From NCBI GenBank assembly GCA_026985555.1, contig JALSQF010000007.1:1099-65098 (forward strand): a stretch of DNA of 64,000 nt, in the 5' to 3' direction. The notes beneath the pieces were generated by a model that was given only the letters and a program-made list of their open reading frames with translations, did not search any database and was not told the origin of the DNA. Position numbers and translations under genes: made by a program. Positions 28,904 to 40,281 of this stretch are shown piece by piece (the first letter of the stretch is position 1; each line of letters starts with the position of its first letter). This DNA comes from Candidatus Moraniibacteriota bacterium. GTDB taxonomy: Bacteria; Patescibacteriota; Minisyncoccia; Moranbacterales; UBA9337.

Positions 28904-31393
28904 ATGAATTTAGATTTACTTTTAATTAGTATTATTATTGTTTCTGCTGTAATTTCTTTGCTAAGCGGTCTTTGGTTATTGATAAAAAGTTTTCTTACTT
29001 TTCGGGCGCAAATTAATTATTCTATCAATATGGATTTAGAAATAGTGAGAGTTTCTTTGCCTACTGATGATAATCAGGAACATTCTCTTAATAATCAAGA
29101 ACGACCTGCTTGGAAAAATGAAATAAAATTAATGGAACAATGGTTGGGTACCTTATCAGCATTAAGAGTAAAAAAAACTTGGAAAGAATGGTTTTATGGT
29201 GATCCTTATATTGCTTTAGAAATAACTAATCCTTCCGATGACGAAGAAATTAGTTTTTATTTATCTGTGCCAAAAAAATTTAGAGAAAGAATAGAAAAAC
29301 AAATTCATAGTTTTTTCCCCGAGGCTAAGCTAGAAGGTGTTTCTGATTATACAATTTTTACACCTAATAGTTATACAGCCATAGCTTTTGTTAAATTAAA
29401 AGAAGAACCATTCCTTCCACTTAAAACTTATGAAACAATGGATGCAGATCCCTTAAATGAAATTTCTAATGCTATTAGTAAACTAAACACTATAGAAGAA
29501 GGAGCTACCTTACAATTAGTTCTTGGTCCAGCGCCTAAAGAATGGCGAAGAAATGGTTTAAAAATAGCTCATGAAATGCAACAAGGAAAACAATTAAAAA
29601 AAGTTTACCATTCTTCTTGGTTAGGAAAAGCATTCAAGGAGATAGGAAAAGGGATTTTAACCGTTCTTTTTTATAAAACTAAAACGGATGCTAATATTAG
29701 CAACACAAAGGATAAAGATGAACCGATACAATTAACTCCAGAAGAACAAGAATTAATTAAAACAATAGAAACAAAAGCAAAAAAACCAGCTTTTCAAGTT
29801 AATATTAGAATTATATCTTCAGCTAGTACACCTGAGAGAGCAGAAGAGATTTTAGCGCAGATGGAAAATTCTTTAGCTCAATTTGAAAATCCGGAAGTGA
29901 ATAATTTCGTAATAACGGAAAGAAAAAAAGATAAAAAAATGGTCTTTAATTATATCTTCCGTAATTTTAATCCAGAAAAAGCTATAATTTTAGGAGTAGA
30001 AGAAATTGCTAGTCTTTTTCATTTTCCTACTTCTCTTACTAAAACACCTAAAATTAAATGGCTAAAATCTGGAACAGCTCCTCCGCCTGTACATATTCCT
30101 CAAAAAGGCATTTTATTAGGATTTAATGACTATAGAGGAGTTAAAACAGAAATTCGTTTAGCTGATAATGACAGAAGAAGACATTTATATACTATTGGAC
30201 AAACGGGAACAGGAAAATCTACTTTTTTAACTGAAATGGCTAAACAAGATGTTAAAAATGGAAAAGGGATTTGCGTTGTTGATCCTCATGGTGATTTAGT
30301 AGAGGATATTTTAACTGCTATTCCTAAAGAAAGAGCAGAGGATGTTATATATTTTAATCCGGCTGATACAGAAAGACCTTTGGGTTTAAATATGTTAGAA
30401 TATGAAAAACCAGAGGAAAAAAGTTTTGTAGTAAATGAAATGATTAGTATTTTTGATAGACTTTATGATTTAAAACAAACTGGAGGACCGATGTTTGAAC
30501 AATACGCGCGAAATGCTATGTTGTTAATAATGGAACATCCAGAATCCGGATCTACTTTAATGGAAATTTCTAAAGTCTTAGCCAATGAAGATTTTAGAAA
30601 AATGAAGTTAGATCATTGTAAAAATCAAGTGGTAAAAGATTTTTGGATTAAGGAAGCTGAAAAGGCAGGAGGAGAAGCGGCTTTGGCTAATATCGTTCCT
30701 TATGTAACTTCTAAATTAAATACTTTTGTAACTAATGATATAATGCGTCCTATTATTGCTCAGCAAAAAAGTAGTTTGGATTTTAGAGAAATTATGGATA
30801 GTGGAAAAATATTATTAGTTAATCTTTCTAAGGGAAAACTGGGAGAAATTAATAGTCATCTATTAGGTATGGTGGTAGTGGGAAAAATTTTGATGGCAGC
30901 TCTTAGTAGAGTAGATTTACCAGAAAAGAAAAGAAAAGATTTTTATCTTTATATTGATGAATTTCAAAATGTGACTACTGATTCTATCGCTCAAATTTTA
31001 TCTGAAGCGCGAAAGTATCATCTTAATTTAATTATCGCGCATCAATTTATCGGACAATTAAGTGAAGAAATATCTAAAGCTGTTTTTGGTAATGTAGGTT
31101 CTCTTTGCGCTTTTAGAGTTGGACCAGAAGATGCTGAATTTTTAGAAAAACAATTTGAACCGATTTTTCATCGCAATGATTTAATTAATATAAACAATTA
31201 TAGTTGTTATACTAAATTATTGCTAAACGGAGAAACTAGTCGTCCTTTTGATATGAAAACTTATCCACCCTCTGAAGGTGATCAAGAGTTAGCTAACAAT
31301 ATAAAAGAACTTTCTCGTTTAAAATATGGAAGGGATAAAAAGATAATAGAAGAGGAAATTAATAGTAGAAATGTAAATTTGAGTAAATTTTAA
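28904..31393 (+). CDS. Membrane-anchored VirD4/TraG/TraD-family type IV coupling-protein-like P-loop ATPase
   Basis: N-terminal TM helix, then an uncharacterised domain of about 400 aa, then Walker A GQTGTGKST and Walker B YLYIDEF. The C-terminal DEFQNV...ARKYHLNLIIAHQFIGQL matches the DE...R...QS..QL pattern of the TraG-D_C domain. Confidence 0.55.
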   Translation: MNLDLLLISIIIVSAVISLLSGLWLLIKSFLTFRAQINYSINMDLEIVRVSLPTDDNQEHSLNNQERPAWKNEIKLMEQWLGTLSALRVKKTWKEWFYGDPYIALEITNPSDDEEISFYLSVPKKFRERIEKQIHSFFPEAKLEGVSDYTIFTPNSYTAIAFVKLKEEPFLPLKTYETMDADPLNEISNAISKLNTIEEGATLQLVLGPAPKEWRRNGLKIAHEMQQGKQLKKVYHSSWLGKAFKEIGKGILTVLFYKTKTDANISNTKDKDEPIQLTPEEQELIKTIETKAKKPAFQVNIRIISSASTPERAEEILAQMENSLAQFENPEVNNFVITERKKDKKMVFNYIFRNFNPEKAIILGVEEIASLFHFPTSLTKTPKIKWLKSGTAPPPVHIPQKGILLGFNDYRGVKTEIRLADNDRRRHLYTIGQTGTGKSTFLTEMAKQDVKNGKGICVVDPHGDLVEDILTAIPKERAEDVIYFNPADTERPLGLNMLEYEKPEEKSFVVNEMISIFDRLYDLKQTGGPMFEQYARNAMLLIMEHPESGSTLMEISKVLANEDFRKMKLDHCKNQVVKDFWIKEAEKAGGEAALANIVPYVTSKLNTFVTNDIMRPIIAQQKSSLDFREIMDSGKILLVNLSKGKLGEINSHLLGMVVVGKILMAALSRVDLPEKKRKDFYLYIDEFQNVTTDSIAQILSEARKYHLNLIIAHQFIGQLSEEISKAVFGNVGSLCAFRVGPEDAEFLEKQFEPIFHRNDLININNYSCYTKLLLNGETSRPFDMKTYPPSEGDQELANNIKELSRLKYGRDKKIIEEEINSRNVNLSKF

Positions 31394-31402
31394 TTTATAG
31401 TT

Positions 31403-33940
31403 TTATTTAGATAATAATTTAAATTCTACAGTATTTGTTTTTCTGTTAAGATTAATTTTAATATGAGTTATTAGATTAGTTGGGTTTTGAATAGTTTTAT
31501 TCTCAAGTAATTCTTTGGCTAAAGGAATTTCAATATATTTTTGAATATTTTTACGCACAAGACGAGCACCTTCTTGATCATCAATACTTTTTTCAGTTAT
31601 CCATTTAATAAGATTAGAATCAAAACTTATATTAATTTTTTGATAAGCAAGATTTTTTTCTAGCTCCTTTAAGTGTAAGCGGACTATTTTATTAAGGTTA
31701 GATGAACTGAGTTTTTGAAAAACAAGAATATCATCTAAACGGTTAAGTAATTCAGGACGAAATTGTTTTCTTAATTTTTTTAAAATATCCTTTTTAATTT
31801 CTTCAATTTCTTTTTTTTGTGTTCCTTTTTTTGAATATTTAGAAAATCCAATGGAGTTAATTTGATTAAAATTCTCAGTTCCTAAATTAGAAGTTAGAAT
31901 AATTATAGTATTTTTAAAATCTATTTTGTGTCCACTAGCATCAGTTAGGAAGCCTCCATCTAGTATTTGCAACAAGATGTTACTTATATCAGAGTGAGCT
32001 TTTTCAATTTCGTCAAAAAGAATAAGACTATAAGGTTGACGTTTTATTTTTTCGGTTAATTGTCCGCCTTCTTCATATCCAATATAACCGGCGGGAGCTC
32101 CAATTAAACGTGAGATATTATGACGCTCCATAAACTCGCTCATATCAATACGAATTAAGGATTGAGGAGAATTGAAAAAATAATTGGCTAGACTTTGCGC
32201 TAAAAAAGTTTTTCCAACCCCAGTTGGTCCCACAAAAAGAAAAGAAGCTAGTGGTTTAGGTAAATTAGATATTCCGCTTTGCGAATAATAAAGAGTATCG
32301 GTAATTTTTTCTATAATTTTCTTTTGTCCAATAACAATTTGATTTAATTTTGAAGGGAGTTTTTTTAATTTATCAGACTGAGAAGAAAGAATTTTTTCAA
32401 GAGAGATTCCTGTATTATCAGCAATAGTTTGTGCAACATGTAACAATTCTAGATTTGCTTCTTTTTCTTTTTTATTTTTTAATGTTTTTTTAATTCTTTT
32501 AATTTTATTTAATAATTGCTTTTCTTCTTTTTCTTTTTTAATAGCCTCAGTATAACGTTCTTCTAAAATTAAATATTCCTTTTGTTTAGTTAACTGTTTG
32601 CGATATTGTTTTAATTGGATAATTCTTTTTTCTTGAGTGTCATTCTGCTGATTATGTAAATAAGCAGAACTTTCATCTAAAACGTCAATAGCTTTATCAG
32701 GAAAAAAACGTTCTGGCAAATAACGTTGAGTTAATTGAATAATTTTTTCTAAAATATGATCGGAAATGTTTATGGAATGATATTTTTCAAAATCTTTTCT
32801 AATTCCTTTTAAAATAGTGAGTGTTTCCTGAAAAGAAGGTTCAGTGACTTGAATAGTTTGGAAGCGTCTTTCTAAGGCAGCATCTTTTTCAATGTATTTT
32901 TTATATTCATCAAAAGTGGTGGCGCCAATACATTGTATTTCTCCACGGGATAAAGCAGGTTTTAAAATATTAGCTGCATCTAGAGATCCATTAACATTCC
33001 CTGTTCCCACTAGAGAATGAATTTCATCTATAAAAAGGATTATATTTTTATCATGTTTTACCTCTTTTATGATTTCCTTAAGTCGGTTTTCAAATTCTCC
33101 TCTAAAAGTTGTTCCTGCCACGACAGCTGTTAAATCAAGGTTGATAATTTTTTTATTAAGAAGATTATAAGGAACGTTTCCTTTTTTTATTTCTAAAGCT
33201 AATTTTTCTACAAGAGCTGTTTTACCTACTCCTGGATCACCAATTAAAAGTGGATTGTTTTTTATTTTTCTACTAAGAATATTTATTATTTTATTAATTT
33301 CTTTTTTTCTTCCTATGATAGAATGAGATTTGTAAAAATTTTGTTTATTAAGAATTGTGCCAAATTCTTTTAAATAGCCGCTTTCTTTTTCATATTCAGA
33401 GGATTTTAAATTAGAACGAAAAGGTAAATTAAATAATTTGGCTAACTGATCAGGTGTTATTTTCATTTGAGAAAAAGTGGTATCAGATGTTTCTATAGTT
33501 CTAAGTGGCTTATCAAAAGTATCAATTATTTTTTTAACAGAAGGTAGTGGATTTTCTATTAGGGTATAAATTAAGTGTTCCGTTCCTACATAAGAAAAAC
33601 CAGCTGTTCCCGCAATGGAAAAAGCTCTTATAAGAATATTTTTTAATTCTTGAGAGAAATTGTTTAAAGTGGTGTTATTCAGTTTACTAGAAAAAAGATG
33701 CTTAATTTTTTGAGATTCAATAGTAGTTTTAAACTGTTGTAAAATCTTTTTATTTTCAATACTTTGCGCTCCCATTTGAATTAAAATATTTCTTCCAGCA
33801 CTTCCTTTTTGTGATAAAATAGCCAAAAGTAAATGATCAGGATTAACTTTTTTAAAGCCATAATAACGAGATATTTCAATCGCTTTTAAAAGACTTTCTT
33901 TAGCATTGTGAGTTAATTTTTGCAATATTTTATCGTTCAT
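31403..33940 (-). CDS. Clp/Hsp100 AAA+ chaperone (ClpC-like ATP-binding subunit)
   Basis: Two Clp_N repeats, NBD1 GDPGVGKT with DEIH, NBD2 GPTGVGKT with [10 protein letters not shown], and the sensor-2 GARLVRK. The spacing between the NBDs (about 335 aa) fits ClpC better than ClpB. Confidence 0.85.
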   Translation of the reverse strand: MNDKILQKLTHNAKESLLKAIEISRYYGFKKVNPDHLLLAILSQKGSAGRNILIQMGAQSIENKKILQQFKTTIESQKIKHLFSSKLNNTTLNNFSQELKNILIRAFSIAGTAGFSYVGTEHLIYTLIENPLPSVKKIIDTFDKPLRTIETSDTTFSQMKITPDQLAKLFNLPFRSNLKSSEYEKESGYLKEFGTILNKQNFYKSHSIIGRKKEINKIINILSRKIKNNPLLIGDPGVGKTALVEKLALEIKKGNVPYNLLNKKIINLDLTAVVAGTTFRGEFENRLKEIIKEVKHDKNIILFIDEIHSLVGTGNVNGSLDAANILKPALSRGEIQCIGATTFDEYKKYIEKDAALERRFQTIQVTEPSFQETLTILKGIRKDFEKYHSINISDHILEKIIQLTQRYLPERFFPDKAIDVLDESSAYLHNQQNDTQEKRIIQLKQYRKQLTKQKEYLILEERYTEAIKKEKEEKQLLNKIKRIKKTLKNKKEKEANLELLHVAQTIADNTGISLEKILSSQSDKLKKLPSKLNQIVIGQKKIIEKITDTLYYSQSGISNLPKPLASFLFVGPTGVGKTFLAQSLANYFFNSPQSLIRIDMSEFMERHNISRLIGAPAGYIGYEEGGQLTEKIKRQPYSLILFDEIEKAHSDISNILLQILDGGFLTDASGHKIDFKNTIIILTSNLGTENFNQINSIGFSKYSKKGTQKKEIEEIKKDILKKLRKQFRPELLNRLDDILVFQKLSSSNLNKIVRLHLKELEKNLAYQKINISFDSNLIKWITEKSIDDQEGARLVRKNIQKYIEIPLAKELLENKTIQNPTNLITHIKINLNRKTNTVEFKLLSK

Positions 33941-34085
33941 GTTACAATAGTTAAAAATTGTTAATTTTTTAATGTTGTTGTATAATTTAAGTATACTTTA
34001 TTAATTTTAGAATGTATTGATATTATTAAGTCTTTCTTAATAAAAGTCAAATCTTTTAAATATTAAGCGGATTAAAATAAAAATA

Positions 34086-35243
34086 ATGTGGAACTTGTTT
34101 AAAGCTAAATCAAATGTTTTTTTAGGAGTAGATTTTGGAACTTCTTCTATTAAAGTTGTGGAGTTATTGTATGATAATGATAGAACTCATTTGAAAAATT
34201 ATGGTTGGATTGATTTTAAAAAACAACCGAAAAAAGATGATGCTAATAATTTAAATATTGTTTTAGATACGACAGAGAAAAATAACAGACAAATGAATTT
34301 AAAAAATAGTTTAGCTGTTTTGTTATCTGCTATGAAACCAGAATCACATTCTGTTTATGCAGCTATGCCAGGTATAAGTGGACTTGTGGCCTTAATAGAT
34401 TTTCCTCAAATGGATAAAAAAGAATTAGATAAAGCTATTCAATACGAAGCTCATAAATATATTCCTGTTCCGTTAGATGAAGTTTATTTAAGTTGGGATG
34501 TAGTTTCCAGAATTAAAGATGAAGAAACAGGACTGTTGTCTTTATATAACCAAAAAAATGAAAGAAAGGATACTAAAAAAAACAAAAATAAAAAAGCTAT
34601 GCAAGTTTTGTTAGTAGCAGCACCTAAAGATGAAGTAGAAAATTATGAGAATCTAATTACATCCTTAAATTTTAAAATGACATCCTTAGAATTATCTATG
34701 TTTGCGAGTGCGCGATCTTTAGTGGGGGACGACTTGGGCGGTTATCTCATAATTGATATAGGAGCGGATACAACAGATATTATTTTAGTAGATAGAGGAG
34801 TAATTAAAATTAATAGAATTATAGATGTAGGAGGAAATGAAGTTACTAAGGCTGTAGCTTCTAGTATGAATATATCTTGGCAAAGAGCAGAATCTTTTAA
34901 AAGACAAAAAAGAGGAATAATTTTTAGTCAAAATAGTCAATTGATTATACCTGCATTAGATTTAATTTCTGGAGAAGCAATCAGAACTATAGAGAATTAT
35001 CGTCACAAAAGTTTAACGGATGTTAGGATAGATAAAATTATTTTATCAGGAGGAGGTTCTCGTTTAAGTGGCATAGATAAATATTTTTCTCAAGCATTAA
35101 ATATATCAACTGAAATAGGAAATCCATGGAAAGGAATTGTGATAGATAAAAATATAGAAAAAAAAGTTAAAAACTATGGGACATCTCTGGCAGTGGCTAT
35201 TGGTCTAGCTGAAAAAGGAATAAAAGATTTTCAACGAAATTAG
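34086..35243 (+). CDS. pilM: Type IV pilus assembly protein PilM (actin-like ATPase fold)
   Basis: N-terminal FLGVDFGTSSIKVVEL phosphate-1 motif of the actin/FtsA fold, and a C-terminal GG-S glycine-rich motif. First gene of a pilMNO-pilB cluster. Confidence 0.7.
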   Translation: MWNLFKAKSNVFLGVDFGTSSIKVVELLYDNDRTHLKNYGWIDFKKQPKKDDANNLNIVLDTTEKNNRQMNLKNSLAVLLSAMKPESHSVYAAMPGISGLVALIDFPQMDKKELDKAIQYEAHKYIPVPLDEVYLSWDVVSRIKDEETGLLSLYNQKNERKDTKKNKNKKAMQVLLVAAPKDEVENYENLITSLNFKMTSLELSMFASARSLVGDDLGGYLIIDIGADTTDIILVDRGVIKINRIIDVGGNEVTKAVASSMNISWQRAESFKRQKRGIIFSQNSQLIIPALDLISGEAIRTIENYRHKSLTDVRIDKIILSGGGSRLSGIDKYFSQALNISTEIGNPWKGIVIDKNIEKKVKNYGTSLAVAIGLAEKGIKDFQRN

Positions 35244-35399
35244 AATATTTTAAAAGTTGTTTGACAAAGTTTAATTTTAGGTTAAAATTAAAATAATAAG
35301 ATAATTATTTTAATTTTTTTATTATTTAATAAAAATAAAAATAAAAAATAATTTTTTGATTTTTTTAGTAGTTTTACTAAAAAAAATTAAAACAAAAAA

Positions 35400-35939
35400 A
35401 TGGTTAATATTGACTTTCATGAACAAGTAGAACAACAAAATGAAGAAAACAAAGGGGCCGTTTCATTTTTAACGGGATGGCAGATATCTGTTCTTCTTCT
35501 TCTGGTAGTTTTTACTATTTATGGAGTAAGTTACTATTATAAAAAAATAGTAAAAAATCAAGTGAAAAAAGTAGAATTAGCTATTCAAAAAGAAAAACAA
35601 ACTGTTAATAAAGATGATATTAAAACGGTAGTTAATTTTGTGAAAAGAAAAAATGTAATTGAAAAAGTTAATTCTCAAGAAAACTCTGAAGCTTTAGCTA
35701 AACTTTTAATGCTGGAGAAAAATATTAATCAAGGAATTTATCTAACATCTTATAATTATTCTAAAAATCAGTCAGTAATTGAAATAAAAGGGATAGGAGC
35801 TAATTATCATACCGTTGCTCAGCAAGTATATAATTTTAAAAATGATAGTCAAAATGTTCGTTTTGTAAAAATACATACAGTAAATAAAAATGAAGATGGT
35901 GGAGTTGATTTTGGTTTAACAATTGGTCTTAAAAACTAA
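35400..35939 (+). CDS. PilN-like bitopic pilus assembly protein
   Basis: 179 aa. Short cytoplasmic N-terminus, one TM helix (ISVLLLLVVFTIYGV) and a periplasmic domain. Position between pilM and the PilO-like gene. Confidence 0.45.
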   Translation: MVNIDFHEQVEQQNEENKGAVSFLTGWQISVLLLLVVFTIYGVSYYYKKIVKNQVKKVELAIQKEKQTVNKDDIKTVVNFVKRKNVIEKVNSQENSEALAKLLMLEKNINQGIYLTSYNYSKNQSVIEIKGIGANYHTVAQQVYNFKNDSQNVRFVKIHTVNKNEDGGVDFGLTIGLKN

Positions 35940-36013
35940 ATATTTTTTAATTAATATAAAAACAAATAATTTCTTTTTTGTAATCTTAGATTACAAAAAA
36001 GAAAAATAAAAAT

Positions 36014-36841
36014 ATGAGACTAAAGTTATTCTTCTTTCCTACAGCATTACTTATTACAGTTGTTATGTTTATTTGGTATATTTATCCTTTGTGGCAGGGA
36101 AAGGGAGGTATATCTGATCAGCACAAAAAACTAAAAGAAACAAAACAAACCTTAGAGACTTTTCGGGCTAAAAAAACTTCGTTGAATCAAGCAGTTGAGA
36201 TGCTAGATAATCACAATGATGACGTAAAATTTGCTTTTCAATTTATTCCTTTAAAAAGTAACGATTTGTTTATTTTAAATTCCTTAAGTCAAATAGCTGA
36301 TCAATCGGGATTGATTTTAAATTCAATTAATGTGAGCGAAGAAAAAAAGAGTAATAAAAAAGAGCAAAGCGAAAAAAATAAAACAGTAGATGTGCTTAAT
36401 GATATGAATTGGAGAAGTGCAGTTGCTTCTGTTAATGTAATAGGAAGTTATGAACAAGTTAAAAGTTTTTTAACTAGTCTTTATCATCTTGATAGGTATA
36501 ATCAAATAGATTCTTTGGATATAGAAACTAATAATAAATCAGAAAATGCAAACGAAAATGAAAATCAAGCCAATTTGTTAACATTTAATGCTAAAATTAA
36601 TTTCAGATATCTTCCAGATGCATTAATACCAGTTGAAGGGGAAGAAAAATTTTTAGATAATTTTCAGTTTTCTGAAAATTATTTTAATTTTTTAGCTATC
36701 AATAGTTTAAAAGAAAAAAATAATATTCAATCACAGGGAGGTGGTTTAGAAGAGGGTATTACTGGTCAAATAACCAATCCATTCACTCCTTTTTCTTCTA
36801 ATACTGTTAATGTCGCTAGTGCTAATAATACTTCTAATTAA
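36014..36841 (+). CDS. PilO-like bitopic pilus assembly protein
   Basis: N-terminal TM, a coiled-coil segment (KKLKETKQTLETFRAKK), and a periplasmic domain with a low-complexity tail. Assigned by position and topology. Confidence 0.4.
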   Translation: MRLKLFFFPTALLITVVMFIWYIYPLWQGKGGISDQHKKLKETKQTLETFRAKKTSLNQAVEMLDNHNDDVKFAFQFIPLKSNDLFILNSLSQIADQSGLILNSINVSEEKKSNKKEQSEKNKTVDVLNDMNWRSAVASVNVIGSYEQVKSFLTSLYHLDRYNQIDSLDIETNNKSENANENENQANLLTFNAKINFRYLPDALIPVEGEEKFLDNFQFSENYFNFLAINSLKEKNNIQSQGGGLEEGITGQITNPFTPFSSNTVNVASANNTSN

Positions 36842-36979
36842 TTTGAATTAGCTTAAGCTTGGAATGATATAAATATAAAAATTATACACATTTTACTGTA
36901 TTGCAGTTATTATATAATTATACTTATCTTTTGTGATTAAAAAAATAAAACTAAAAAACAAAAATAGAAAAAGAAATAG

Positions 36980-38674
36980 ATGGATAAAAATTCAAAAAAT
37001 AAAAAATCAAATCAAATTAAAAAAAACTTAGCGTTAAAAAAAGAAGCTGATGCAATGGGCATTTCTTTTTTAGAAGAAGCTCCCTCTAAAATTAAAAAAG
37101 AGGTACTTTATTTAATTAATCGTGAATTGGCTAGAAAATATAAGATGGTTGTTTTTGAAAAAAGAGGAAATTTGATTAAAGTAGCCATGAGTGATCCTCG
37201 TAATATTGAAGCTTTAAATATTTTACGTTTTTTAGCAGAAAAAAAGAAGTTAGAAATAGAAATTTATCTAACAGCAGAAAATACTATTCAAGAAATGATT
37301 GATCAGTATGAAACTACAGAAAAAGCCGTGGAAAATGTTTTAAGATCTTTTCAGCTGGAAAATGAGAAAAGAAAAAATAAGATTGAAGAGAAAAAAGGTG
37401 ATCTTGATGAATATAATGAAATGTTACAAGACGCGCCTGTTTCAAAATTAGTTAAAGTAATTGTTAGTCATGCTATAGAAGGACGAGCTAGTGATATTCA
37501 TATTGAACCTGTCGGGAAAGAATATAAAGTTCGTTTTAGAATTGATGGTATTTTGCATACTTCTTTAGTTTTACCAAGAGAAGTGGGGTTGGCAGTCATT
37601 TCAAGAGTAAAAATATTATCTAATTTAAAAATAGACGAAAAAAGAAAACCTCAGGATGGAAGATTTTCTATGGAATGGGAGGATGAACAAATTGATTTTC
37701 GTGTTTCTACTTTTCCGGTAGTGGAAGGTGAAAAGGTGGTAATGAGAGTTTTAGACAAAGAGGGTGTGTCTATTTCTGTAAAGCAGTTAGGCTTAATAGG
37801 AAGAAATAAAGAGATTTTAACTAATTTAGATGAAAGTAATGGAATTATTTTAATGACAGGTCCGACAGGGTCTGGAAAATCAACTACTCTTTATACTCTT
37901 TTGCAAATGATTGATAAGGAAGCAAAAAACATAGTAACCTTGGAAGATCCAGTGGAATATTCCATTGATGGTATTAATCAAAGTCAAATTAAACCAGAAA
38001 TAGGTTATACTTTTGCTACTGGATTGCGTTCTATCTTAAGACAAGATCCTGATGTTATTATGGTAGGAGAAATTAGGGATAATGAAACAGCAGAATTAGC
38101 TATTCATGCTGCTTTAACTGGACATTTGGTTTTCTCCACTTTGCATACTAATAATGCTATCGGGGCTGTTCCTCGTTTAATAGATATGGGACTAGAACCA
38201 TTTTTAATCACTTCTTCCTTAAGAGTAGTAGCAGCACAAAGATTAGTGAGAAGAGTTTGTAATAATTGCAAAATAAAAAAAGATATTGGACAAACTACTA
38301 AAGAAAGAATTAAAAATGAAATTAAAAATATTTCTACTAAAGAATTGAAAAAATATAAGATTAATGATAGAATGGTAGAGGATATGTTTTTTTATCAAGG
38401 AAAAGGTTGTGAAAAATGTAATGGTTCTGGTTATAAAGGAAGAATTGCTGTTTATGAGTGTGTAAGAATAGATAATAAAAAAATGGAAGAAAAAATTTTA
38501 GAAGGAGCCAATGAAAATGAATTAGAAAATATCGCTAGAAAACAAGGTTTTATTGATATGCGACAAGATGGAATTTTAAAAGCTTTATTAGGGCTGACTT
38601 CTTTATCGGAAATAGAGAGGGTAACTAAAGGGAGTATGACAGTTGGAGGAGATGTTGGTGATGATAGAGGGTAG
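36980..38674 (+). CDS. pilB: Type IV pilus assembly ATPase PilB (GspE family)
   Basis: N1E-like N-terminus, Walker A GPTGSGKSTT, Asp box, His box (TGHLVFSTLHTN), and the tetracysteine motif CNNC...CEKCNGSG. Confidence 0.85.
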   Translation: MDKNSKNKKSNQIKKNLALKKEADAMGISFLEEAPSKIKKEVLYLINRELARKYKMVVFEKRGNLIKVAMSDPRNIEALNILRFLAEKKKLEIEIYLTAENTIQEMIDQYETTEKAVENVLRSFQLENEKRKNKIEEKKGDLDEYNEMLQDAPVSKLVKVIVSHAIEGRASDIHIEPVGKEYKVRFRIDGILHTSLVLPREVGLAVISRVKILSNLKIDEKRKPQDGRFSMEWEDEQIDFRVSTFPVVEGEKVVMRVLDKEGVSISVKQLGLIGRNKEILTNLDESNGIILMTGPTGSGKSTTLYTLLQMIDKEAKNIVTLEDPVEYSIDGINQSQIKPEIGYTFATGLRSILRQDPDVIMVGEIRDNETAELAIHAALTGHLVFSTLHTNNAIGAVPRLIDMGLEPFLITSSLRVVAAQRLVRRVCNNCKIKKDIGQTTKERIKNEIKNISTKELKKYKINDRMVEDMFFYQGKGCEKCNGSGYKGRIAVYECVRIDNKKMEEKILEGANENELENIARKQGFIDMRQDGILKALLGLTSLSEIERVTKGSMTVGGDVGDDRG

Positions 38675-38707
38675 CTTAAAATATTTTTATTTTTTAGTAA
38701 TAAACAT

Positions 38708-39094
38708 ATGACACAAAAAAAATCTCAAAAAAAAGTAGTTTTATTAGTAGAAGACGATATTTTTATTAGAGAAATTTATGATAGAAAAATAACTGCTGAA
38801 GGATATGAGGTAGAATTAGCTAAGGATGGAGTAGAAGCTATTAATTTTTTAAAAAAACAAATCCCGGATTTAATTTTATTAGATATTGTAATGCCCAGAA
38901 TGGACGGAAGAGAAGTTTTAGCAAAATTAAAATCTCATAAAGAATGGAAAAATATTCCGGTTATAATGTTAACTAATCTTTCTGAAAAAGAAGAAATAGA
39001 AGAAGAACTGGGGCAAGGAGTAGATGAGTATATAATTAAAGCGCATTTTACTCCATCAGAAGTAATGGCTAAAATAAAAAAATTTTTAATTTGA
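38708..39094 (+). CDS. Stand-alone CheY-like response-regulator receiver domain
   Basis: VLLVEDD...LLDIVMP(R)MDG with the phospho-acceptor Asp, then T and K (KAHF) receiver motifs. 128 aa with no output domain. Confidence 0.75.
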   Translation: MTQKKSQKKVVLLVEDDIFIREIYDRKITAEGYEVELAKDGVEAINFLKKQIPDLILLDIVMPRMDGREVLAKLKSHKEWKNIPVIMLTNLSEKEEIEEELGQGVDEYIIKAHFTPSEVMAKIKKFLI

Positions 39095-39129
39095 TTAACT
39101 TTAATTAACAAAAAAACAAAAAGAAAAGT

Positions 39130-40206
39130 ATGTCACTTTTACACGCAGAGCAAAAAGTAAAAAGTTTATTGTTAACAGTTTCGCAACAAAATGCTTCTGA
39201 TATTCATTTTGTAGTGGGACGTTATCCTACCTTAAGGATTGACGGAAAGCTTTTTCCCTTACGTAAAGAAAAAGTTTTGACTGCTGAAGATACTCAGGCA
39301 GTAAGTGATGTTTTATTAACAGAAGACAATAAAAAAACGTTACTTGACGCTGGTCAAGTTGATTTTTCTTATAGTTTTGAAAATAAATCTCGTTTTCGTG
39401 TTAATATTTATTTTCAGAAAGGAAATATTAGCATAGCTATGCGTTTAATTTCTTCTAAAATAAAAACTTTAGAAGAATTAAATTTACCTACCTCTCTTTA
39501 TGATTTTTGTAATTATTCTCAAGGTCTGATTTTAGTGACAGGACCAGTGGGTCATGGTAAATCAACCACATTAGCGGCTTTATTAGATTATATTAATCAT
39601 AATTTTGATCAAAATATTCTAACCATTGAAGATCCTATTGAATATGTTTATGAACAAGATCGTTGTATTGTTAATCAAAGGGAAATAGGTAGTGATGCTA
39701 AATCTTTTCCCGCTGCGTTAAAAGCTCTTTTTCGTGAGGATGCTAATGTGGTAATGATTGGTGAGATGCGTGATCTAGAGACTATTGGAACCACTATTAC
39801 TGCAGCAGAAATTGGACATTTAATTTTTGCTACTTTGCACACTAATAACAGCGCGCAGACCATTGATAGGATTATTGACAGTTTTCCAGCTCATCAACAA
39901 AATCAGATTCGTTTGCAATTGGCCAGTGTTCTAGTGGGAGTTATTTCCCAAAGGCTATTGCCTCGTATAGGGGGAGGAAGAGTGCCTGCTATTGAAATTA
40001 TGATTAAGAATAAAGCTATAGAAAATCTAATTAGAGAAAATAAAATCTATCAAATTGATTCGGTAATAGAAACTAATTTAGGCAACAATATGATTTCTTT
40101 AGATCGTTCTCTAGCTAATCTGGTAGAAAAAGGTCTTATTACCATGAATGATGCTACTACCTATGCTCAAGATAGAGAATATTTAAAAATGATTATTAAA
40201 GGGTAA
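39130..40206 (+). CDS. pilT: Twitching-motility retraction ATPase PilT
   Basis: 358 aa. Walker A GPVGHGKSTT, IEDPIEYV Asp box, His box (GHLIFATLHTN) and the PilT-specific AIENLIRE motif. It lacks the PilB N-domain. Confidence 0.85.
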   Translation: MSLLHAEQKVKSLLLTVSQQNASDIHFVVGRYPTLRIDGKLFPLRKEKVLTAEDTQAVSDVLLTEDNKKTLLDAGQVDFSYSFENKSRFRVNIYFQKGNISIAMRLISSKIKTLEELNLPTSLYDFCNYSQGLILVTGPVGHGKSTTLAALLDYINHNFDQNILTIEDPIEYVYEQDRCIVNQREIGSDAKSFPAALKALFREDANVVMIGEMRDLETIGTTITAAEIGHLIFATLHTNNSAQTIDRIIDSFPAHQQNQIRLQLASVLVGVISQRLLPRIGGGRVPAIEIMIKNKAIENLIRENKIYQIDSVIETNLGNNMISLDRSLANLVEKGLITMNDATTYAQDREYLKMIIKG

Positions 40207-40281
40207 TTGTGAAAAAAGAATAAATATAGTATAATTTGTTTAAGAATTTTTATTAAAAATATAAATCGGAAAAACAAAAAT

